From NCBI RefSeq assembly GCF_964355755.1, contig NC_092678.1, positions 23,081,365 to 23,145,364 of the forward strand: 64,000 bases of DNA, given 5' to 3'. Positions 52,170-64,000 of the stretch are shown here, piece after piece (within the stretch, counting starts at the first letter, position 1; each line of letters opens with the position of its first letter). This stretch comes from Antedon mediterranea (Eukaryota > Animalia > Echinodermata). A model generated the notes under the pieces. The model did not search any database, was not told the DNA's origin, and saw only the letters and a program-made list of their open reading frames with translations. The position numbers and the translations under genes are program-made.

Positions 52170-53998
52170 ATCCAGGACGATTCAGCCCAGAGACAATTCA
52201 GCCCACTTTTGGTTTGTGATGATTTGCCACACATTTGGTTGGCCCGAAACGTCTCACTTTCCTCTTGTCCAACAAACCAATACATTTTTTAAAGTTTTAA
52301 AGGTGTTTGACCTAGGCCTACCATTTAATAACATATTTTATTGATATTGCCAATGTTGATATAATATATAAAAATAAATAATAATAATAATAATACTAAA
52401 CCAAATGTAATTTTATATGCAATTATTATTATGTTGTTTTCGTGCATATCATTATTTTACAAAACGGCCAACAGAGGGCGTAATTTGTTTACATCGTTGA
52501 CGCGTGGCTAAAACATTATCGTTTTAGGCGCTATATTTTAAAAATATTTTATCCCTAAGTACTGTAGTACTACTCCATAGTCTCTCTGAAAAGAAAGTTT
52601 GGAAAAAAAGCTTATACAGTCAACTCTCCCAATACCGGACTCTCCCAAAACCGGAATTCACGAAAAACCGGACTTTTTTGGAGGGCCCAATTTGTCCCTA
52701 TTCTAAATGTACTGTAATTTATTATGAAAACCGGAATACCCAATTCCGGAATCCGGACAAATTATGAAGTACAAAACACGAAAATTAGCGTCGGAAAACC
52801 GGTCTGACGGTTAAAAAACTCCAAATATTTACGAAAACAACGTAACATCGTCGTCGCTGACTCGGATTCACTACATTCACAATGTACAAAAGCTTTTAAC
52901 CATACCCTCACCATGCATGAAGTGCGCGACGTTTCGCGGTACGATCAAATAATATTGCCATGGAGCGCTACACTGTGATTGACAGGTCAGTTCATTGTTA
53001 ACCCACGAGGCGGCAATTGCTTTGTTGCGTATCGAACTGCGGTGGGCTTTTTCACATCGAAGCGCTATGTCTTAATGTCTATTGTTTTTAGCAGGGAGTT
53101 GTTAACAACTCCCTGTTTTTTAGCATATGAATTGTTTTTTAATAAAGTTAAATTTACATTCCTGTGTCTTTGTTTTGTTTAAATTATTGTTAAATTCACA
53201 ATTGCAATAGGACTTTAAAAAGGAATGTTTCACTAAAAACGAGACTAAAAATGTGCATCATTATAAATTTGGAAATCATTATGGCAAAACGTAAACGGAA
53301 TGAACTTGACTTAACTAGTGTTAATAAACTTTGAAATGTTACCAATTAATTATTGTGTCATTATTGCTTGGCTCGTTTACCTAATCAATTTTCATCATTG
53401 CTATCAAATTACGTCAAAATAAAGGAGCTTAAAAAACATGTGGTCTAGGTGTGGGCGTTTTTATTTGATTATGACACCTCTGCACATGCGCATCAATCAA
53501 AGCCCTTCACCCATGCTGCTGCTGCTAGCTAGCTCACGAAAAACAATAAACAGACCGAAATTATGTTCACCGTACGTACGTACGTAGGCCTTTTTGCCGT
53601 TAAAAACACATTGAGAAACAATAATTTACTATTGTAACATGTTTTATTGGTACAGTAAATAATGTAACTTTTAAAAAAGGTAAATTGAATTACTGTAGCT
53701 TAATATTAATAAAGTAGGCCTAGGCCTATCAGTTTATTTAATTAAAACTAGATTGACACAATCATAGCCTAGCCTAGGCCTTCCCTACGCTAGGAGACCG
53801 TACCGGGCAGCATTCGGTGACAACGTGATGACTTTAAAAATATGTTTTCAGGAAACCGGACTTTCGAAAAACCGGAAAATATATGCCCGCCCAAGGGTGT
53901 CCGGTATTGGGAGAGTTGACTGTATATGCTAATATAAGCAGGCCGAATCGTCTCAGGGTCGAATCATCTCAGTTCAGGGTCGAATCGTCACTCTACCG
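52170..53998. mobile_element. MULE-like non-autonomous element hosting the pogo insertion
   Basis: Inverted subterminal repeats GACGATTCAGCCC (left) and GGGTCGAATCGTC (right). Confidence 0.45.
52617..53922 (+). mobile_element. pogo/Tigger-type internally deleted transposon
   Basis: TIR CAGTCAACTCTCCCAATACCGGAC, TA TSD, AAACCGGA subterminal motifs, transposase-like start MAKRKRNELDL at 53281. A tiny relic lies at ~59667-59732. Confidence 0.88.
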
Positions 53999-54524
53999 CT
54001 TTTTTCCCACAACACAAGTAGGCCTAGGCCTAGACATATTTCTTTACTCAAGGACCTTACTCACTGTACGCTGATCCACGTGAACTGATAATACGAATGA
54101 CATAATTATAACATAACTGTTTTTCAGTAGGCTTGGGTTAGCTTAGTTAGGCCTAGGCCAGTAGTAGAAATCCTGGAACGCCGCATGGATGGGGTGTAGA
54201 TTTCCGTCCACATGTGTGTGTTGTAGACCATTCATAACAAACATTTTTATATATAGAGGGCAGTGGGCACCAAACATTTACCTATTATTTTTATCACCCC
54301 CCGGTGTGTGCGTCTACTTAAAATTAACACTAAATATGTTGGTTAATTTAGTATATAAATAAGCCTACATTATCCTTTATTCCTCTTTGCGATATATTAT
54401 TTGAGTTTAAGTTTTGCAAACAATATTTTTTATGCATGGTTCAGTTCTAGAATTAACATATCAATGATAAATAATATTAATATTATTTTGCGGCCCGTCT
54501 GTTTTTTTTTCTTTTAAAATGTTT

Positions 54525-54865
54525 CATTTCATTTCTTTATTCGAATTCATAAAATAACACAACATAAAAAAAAATACAAAGAATGAATTCAGGGTAACAC
54601 AAAAAAGTAATCAAAGGTCAAACTTATTTCCATTGTGGCCCTTAAGGATAAAAACACCATAAGAATAAACATTTACAATAAACAATAACACATAGTAACA
54701 ATATAAATATAAATTATAATCTTTCAAGCATAACCTCTTTGAGATGTTTCCTGATATTTCTTTTGAATTGATTGATGGTTTCTGAACACTCTATCAATTT
54801 TGGCAGGTGATTCCATGACGTTATTGCCGTGTTAACAAAGGTTGTTTGGGAGTGGTTACCTATAT
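54525..54865 (-). mobile_element. LINE 3' end (CR1/L2 group)
   Basis: TTFVNTAITSWNHLPKLIECSETINQFKRNIRKHL, then AATAAAG(AAATG)n tail. Confidence 0.75.
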
Positions 54866-56053
54866 ATTAAAATTGATTGAGTTGCAAATCTAGTATTGTA
54901 TATAAATTATATTCGTATTACCCGAGATTACTTTTATTATCAACATAGGATCCACCGCTTATAAATATAATTAAATGATTAACTAAAGTTATCCATCTGG
55001 AAAATTAACAATTACTTATTTATTTTGATTTATTTTAAGTTTTTTTTTTTATTATTGATGTTTTGCATTTCATACTACATTCTATTATTTTTACATTTAT
55101 TCTTTTTACATTTAAAAAAATTTATTTTTAAGTTAATAATTGTTTAATTCTTTTGCTGTATTTCACACAACATTTAGTTGTTTAATTTTATTGATTTCTG
55201 TGATGACCATGACCTCATTGACCATGACCTCATTGACGTTTGATTGATAATTGTACTGGTACGGCGTTGCCTCTCAGGGAAACGTAGGAGTGCTGTTAAC
55301 AGACAGATACTTTATACTATCGGGATTTTTGGTAGGTTTATAAGTAAGTAGAATAATTATTGTTGTAGGCTACTTAGTAGAAAGTAGTAAAGTTAAAGGT
55401 TTGTGGTACAATTCGTTTCCTAAAAAAGAAATAAAGTTTCGTCCTACAATACAACCGTTTCTGGAGTGAAAGACTTAGGCCTACTTACGACGTACAACTA
55501 TACTTAATATCTTCACCTCCCTTGTAGAGTACCAAACAGACATAGCGAAATGATTAATACCCGACTTATGTATCATTCATATGCATTTGATTAATTCCAA
55601 ACAGAGAGACACGTTAGTAGGCCTACCCTAGGCCTACCGGTGGCACTTTTTCGAAATACCTATGTCACTGATGGGCAAAGTCCATCCGTATTTGAAAGAA
55701 GATTATTGTGTTTAGGCTATGTTCCTTTTCACAACCAAATTGTTGTAAACGTCAATTGTGGACGACCCTCTCTGGTAAGTATAGTATTAGTGAAATATAC
55801 TGTTATAGTTCTGCATTTTATTGTTTTTATATATATATATTTATATCAAATATGTTTTATTGTAATGTAATTTCAATTGTTGTTCTGTAATTTTTAATGC
55901 AAGCAATGGAATTTCCAGAAATGGATGATATGAGAATAAAGTTTGAATTTTTGTATAATTTTACGATGTCTTTACAATAAAACGTTATGGACCTATGATG
56001 TTTATGAACTCATCACAAACGATTTTTTCTTTCGATTTAGAACTAATTTCATT

Positions 56054-59000
56054 ATGTCAACTAGTCGTGAAGGAAAGATTCAAACAGGTAACTTAGATAA
56101 AGTTCATCCCAATTTGTTATCACGTTGGCGCCTACCTATTTCCGAGCTTGATTCTCACTAGAACGTAACGCAAGAAGGACGTAAACGCAACGCAAGCGTT
56201 TTAACCAATGACAAGCGAAGTTATAGACAGTTAGCAATCACAAGCGAATAAGCCATCGCTTGTGATTGGTCAATTCACTTGCGTTGCGTTACGTCCTTGT
56301 GTTGCGTCGCTAGTGGGAACCACGCTTAACAATTGTCGCACAGCTGAAGCTAGGTTCCCACTTACGCAACGCAAGGACGTAAGCCCCAACCGAATCGAAT
56401 TGACCAATCACGAGGAACGGTTCGAATAATACATCACTTGGATTGGTCAATTGGATTGCGTTGCGGCTTACGTCCTTGCGTTGCGTTCTAGTGAGAACCA
56501 AGCTCTATACATATCGCGATTTAGAAATAATATTATTATATAAAATTAACTTTGCGTACTAGCCTACGTCATGGGTGGATTCAAGGAAGGCCCATCCACG
56601 CAAAAGAATTATCGTCAGGTAAATTCATACGTAATTTTCCTATTTTTAAAATGTTACTTCCAATGAATTTAGATTATTTTTCTTTATTATTGTTCTTTTT
56701 TTTCAGTATTGGGTCCAATCAAACCATCTATGATTGGTCGAACCTTAACCCATGAACATTTATACATGGACTATTCGACGTACATCCAGAAACCACGTGA
56801 CGAGGACAAACAAATGATAAACGCTGCAATCAACATGGAAAATCTTAACTATATTCGCAATTATCCGTAGGTTTCCAAATTGTCTAGTTCGTCCATGTGA
56901 ACGGGCCCTTGTTCCCCCTTATAGGATGACACAATACAAGGTGTTTGGTCACATTAATTGCGTTACGCGCGTCCTTTTTAAGCGTGGTTCCCACTAGCGA
57001 CGCAACGCAAGGACGTAACGCAACGCAAGTGAATTGACCAATCACAAACGATGGCTTATTCGCTTGTGATTGCTAACTGTCTATAACTTCGCTTGTCATT
57101 GGTTAAAAGGCTTGCGTTGCGTTTACGTCCTTGCGTTACGTTTATGTCCTTGTGTTACGTTCTAGTGGGAACCAAGCTTAACTGTCTATAACTTCGCTTG
57201 TCATTGGTTAAAAAGCTTGCGTTGCGTTTACGTACTTGCCTTACGTTCTAGTGGGAACCAAGCTTAAAGGGTCGTTCCCACACTAAAGACGCAACGCAAC
57301 GTAAAATACATAACCACCATATTTAAACTATTGCGCACGGTTTGATTGACTTTGGGCGCATGCTTTCACAACAGTGTTTTATAGTATGAAGTGATACATT
57401 TTGAACTCAATTATTTAACATTTAAACAAACAGGTATTGTGTTAAAACAAATGTGGACATTCGTGACGAGAGTGACGCGATCGTCGAGGAGTTAAAACTG
57501 TTTAAGAGTAAAGGTGGCACGTGCATTGCTGACGTTACACTGGTAGATATTGGTCGAGATATCAAAGTATTAGCGAGTTATTCTCAGAAAACGGGAGTTC
57601 ACATCGTCGCTGGAACAGGTATTATTATTAATTTACTATTAAGACCTGTCTGTCTAGCTCTAAGTCTAAACGTTATTTATAATTAATACCTGCCTAGCTC
57701 GAAGTCTAAACGTTATTTACAACTTGATGCGCAGTTCGTGGTATTAAACTAAGATTTAGAGATGTATTGTCCCCTAAAAAACATGAACAATTTAAAAAAT
57801 TTGAATAGGTTATTTTTAAGTTAATCACTTCTGTAGAAAAAAAAACTGGAAAAAAAATGCTTTCACTTATAAAAAATAAAAAAAATTACAAAATAAATTG
57901 TCATATTCAACCATTTGGCTACCAGCTAATATGACTATTTTTCCTCTAAATTACAGTTTTTTTCAGGTAAATCAATGTTTTTTTCGATCCAATTTTTGGT
58001 CAAGGTGGATAACCATTATGTGACATTAAAATGGCATATTATGGCAACAACAACAATTTAAATTTTTTCAGGGGACTATACATCTTTAAATGAAGATTTA
58101 AGAATATAGTCTTATCTTAATCATCAGTAGCCCAGAGTTTTCAGTCTAAGTATAAACATACCATTATATAGTAATGATCTTCGTTACAGGCTACTATCTC
58201 GCTCCGTCCATGCCGGATAAGCTCAACACTATGACCGAAGAACAGATCCTCACAGAAATGAGAAGAGATCTGCTAGAAGGCGCTGATGGGTCAGAGTTCA
58301 AGAGTGGCGTCATTGGAGAAATCGGTTGTTCCTGGCCAATCCATGGTACGTAACGTCTTCCTTGTGAAAAGCTATCACCACACAAGTTAACGGTATTGAA
58401 CTCTTTTTTCTGATGTTTCTTCTCCTTCGCCAACAAAAACAACTTTTGATCGTAAAACCATGTATATTTACAGCAAATGAACTGAAGGTTCTACGGTCAG
58501 CAGGAATTGGACAATCGGAACTCTGTTGTCCAGTCAGCATTCATCCTGGCAGAAACATAAGTGACCCTCTGTTGGCTCCCACAGAAAACCTGAGGGTACT
58601 CCAAGAGGCTGGTGGCGTCGCTAGTCATACAGTCATGTCACATGTAGACCGTACGTATATCGTATAAATTATAGCCTAGTCTACATAACTCTACTGTTTG
58701 GAGAGGGTTGTGCTTAAAGCTTGGTTCCCACTTGCAACGCAACGTAACATAACCTACGCAACGTAAGAAAATGCTGTTCCAATAATTGTGTTTTCCCCCG
58801 CCTACGTGAAATCAAACCTGAGTCGTCGGTTCCCATTTGTGATTACGCAATACATCATTTTGCGTCGATACGTCGCTGCATTCTGTTGCGTTCTAGTGGG
58901 AACCACGCTTTATAGACATGTCACATGACATACTGCATTGCAAAGGAATAATTAGGTGATCCGCAATGCAACATATTGTGTTTATAACTGATAATACGCA

Positions 59001-59579
59001 CCATTTCTTCAAACAGGTTGTTGTTTAACAATTGAAGCTGCGTTAGAATTTGCCAAGCTTGGGTGTTATTTAGAATATGACTTCTTCGGATTTGAGTGCT
59101 CTTACAATAAAATAGTTCCCGAATTAGACTACATTTCAGACGCCCAGCGCATCGATATCATTAAAGGTTTGGTGGATGAAGGATATGCAGATCAAGTAGT
59201 CATTTCTCATGACATACATGCAAAACATCAGTTGGTAAGCCACCTGGAATTTTTAAATTTAGGTACATCTATGACACATGTGCCATTTATCCTAATGTTT
59301 AACTTTTGGAGGATTTCAGTGATCATAAATGTAGATAATGTAGAGTATATCAAAATATTTCATTAATAACAAAAAATGTATTTTTTTTTTAATCTAAGGA
59401 ATAATTTTTCCAATGTATAAAGAATTTTATCTCTTTTATTCCAGCTAAAATATGGTGGGCATGGTTATTCTCATATACTTGAAAACGTTGTGCCAAAAAT
59501 GTTGGTGAAAGGAATATCTCAGGAGGACATTGATAAAATACTAATACATAATCCAAGACGGTGGCTAACATGGTATTAA
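56054..59579 (+). CDS. PTER: Phosphotriesterase-related protein (amidohydrolase superfamily), 354 aa
   Basis: Exons 56054-56087, 56707-56866, 57434-57618, 58190-58345, 58474-58650, 59017-59234, 59445-59579. All GT-AG and in phase (1065 nt). Motifs [61 protein letters not shown]. Confidence 0.96.
56145..56503. mobile_element. Two adjacent MITEs in a PTER intron
   Basis: 56145-56326 is the reverse complement of 13484-13664; 56348-56503 has related TIRs. Confidence 0.85.
56981..57264. mobile_element. MITE with duplicated 3' half in a PTER intron
   Basis: Same family as 13484; the TAACTGTCTATAAC..GGGAACCAAGCT block is repeated. Confidence 0.85.
57756..58089. mobile_element. TTAA-flanked MITE (Kolobok/Crypton-like)
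   Basis: AGATGTATTGTCCCC..GGGGACTATACATCTTTAA; same family at 60502-60917. Confidence 0.75.
58717..58910. mobile_element. MITE in a PTER intron
   Basis: TIRs AAGCTTGGTTCCCACT / AGTGGGAACCACGCTT. Confidence 0.85.
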
Positions 59580-60302
59580 AGATGAAATCACAAATTAGCA
59601 TTAAAACCAAATATGGTAGCAATGTCAAAGTTCAGATCACAAATTAGCATTACAATTAAATATTAATACCAGACTCTCTGAAAACCAGAAACTCTCTCAA
59701 TACAGTACCGGTATTGGGAGAGTTGACAGTATTAGCAATGTCAAAGTTCAGATGAAAGTTTCTCTAAACGACATTGGTCTCTGAAAAGACAAGAAATCTT
59801 GAAGACAATTTTTAAACAGCAGTTTCAAAATGTATTTATTCAACCTTGATTTTAATTGTTTTAAATCTTATAGCAAAATTATTCTTCGGGTAGGTATATT
59901 AATATCATTTTAAATACTAACAAAAATATCTATTAATTTCATATGACTATATTTAGTATCATTTAAAACTTGTATATAAAGTAATAAAGGAGCCAAAAGC
60001 TTTTGGAATACAATAGAAAAACAATTTTAAATGTCTTTTTTCCAATGCCAGTGATGTAGTTTGAACGATTTGCCAAATACATCCAAATCAAATAAAAAAA
60101 ACAAAACCAAATGACAATTAATCATGTATTCCTAGCAGTCTATAATAATCACCCCAAAATGTGTTATTTTACGGAAGACTCTTTTAAGGAGGGACCAATT
60201 ATCATTTATAATCAGGTGGTGTAAAATAAATAAATCTAATGCATTATTCCAACTTAAACAATTAGCGTTCGGATGTACTCACAAATAGTTGGAATTTATT
60301 AA

Positions 60303-62801
<2,499 letters not shown>

Positions 62802-62933
62802 CTGAAATAAAAGTTAGTATGTTATCATTTACATGAACTCATAGGAAAGAGAAAAATTCTAAATAAACAAATTACAAACTTAAACCTTGGTGAAGATGAG
62901 AAAAAACCTATGAAATGTCACATCACATAAAGC

Positions 62934-63086
62934 AGCTCTGTCTACACTATCATACTAGTTTGACAAAAAAAGTGTGATGTGCCCAAATATGATAGTGATA
63001 TGCCCAAATATGGTAGTGATATGACATCATCATGTCCATATCATCACATTTTGTTGTCACATAAAGTTTGATAGTGTAGACAGAGC
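62934..63086. mobile_element. MITE (AGCTCTGTCTACACTATC family)
   Basis: Perfect TIRs. Confidence 0.88.
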
Positions 63087-64000
63087 TTAAGCTCCATTTC
63101 ACACACACTAATTCGTAATTAAAGCAGGATTATTATGATACTTGATACAACTCTTGTTATATCCCTAATTGCTTCCATTAAGCTTTTGTTTATTTTATCT
63201 GTATCTCCATTGACATCAGGTCATTGATAGCATTTCAACAATTTAATGTCTTTTGATTCATAATGTAGAATTCAAAACATTTTGTACCATAAAAACATTG
63301 CTATTTTTCAGGGAGTTTTATGGGAGAATGTCTGTATCAATAATGTGATTGGCATACCTCATGTTGCATATACAGATAGACTTAATTATAAATGAAACAA
63401 CTTTACAAGGTTTTTATTAACTCTATCTCTGAAATAACATTAACATTGCATGTCAATAACTGGAAAAACGTGATATATTGTCGTGATATAAAGATTTAAG
63501 TTGCATTTTCACGCTGTTAATGATTTCTTTGTTTTGGTTTTGCATTCACACACAATAAGGAAGTAAAACAAATAATAATTTACTTTCAATTTTAACATCA
63601 TCATTTCCTACTCTGTTTTTGCCTGAATGGTATGGACAAGACGAGAATCAGATAGCCACCAGTACGGTTGGTAAGGTTTTAACCAGACTACTTTTTCACA
63701 GAGAGGCATTTGACAACCCAGTGGCCAGCACGATTGTTCCTTTTTGTTGCGACCATTTCACCACTTGGTTTCTCAAGGCTACAGCACTGAAAATGAATCA
63801 ACATACCTACAAATGGAAGGTAATATTTTTCATTTCTACTAACACACAGATGGAGGTCCAGGAAGAAGTGTTAAAGGATTTTATCTGACTTATTTTCGTA
63901 CAAAGCAGTTGCTTCAAATTACACTGATATAGCATTCACTCTTGTTAGCATATAGAGTACCACATTAGCAAAACTGAACGCAGTATGTAAAGAAGAAGCA

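Overview
AT-rich eukaryotic genomic DNA with GT-AG introns. Deu/Nin-domain SINEs and the repeat spectrum suggest a marine invertebrate, possibly an echinoderm (inference). The right end carries two conserved genes tail-to-tail: a complete 7-coding-exon phosphotriesterase-related gene (PTER, + strand, 56054-59579, 354 aa) and the last 8 coding exons of glutaminyl-tRNA synthetase (QARS1, - strand, 60303-62801, continuing beyond the window). The first ~51 kb is a repeat-rich, internally duplicated accessory region. It holds one intact gene for a small secreted, probably GPI-anchored, non-canonical single-Ig-domain protein (43409-43888), truncated paralogs of it, and many decayed minus-strand orphan ORFs whose paralogous copies share peptide motifs. 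Mobile DNA includes a triple-nested Helentron-type element, a DIRS fragment, CR1/L2/Tx1 LINE ends, SINEs, Harbinger/pogo/MULE/Kolobok-type MITEs, a 31-32 bp palindromic mini-element with 5-bp TSD, two Penelope-type minimal hammerhead ribozyme motifs and frequent transposon excision footprints. All translations and alignments were done by eye; no database searches were run.
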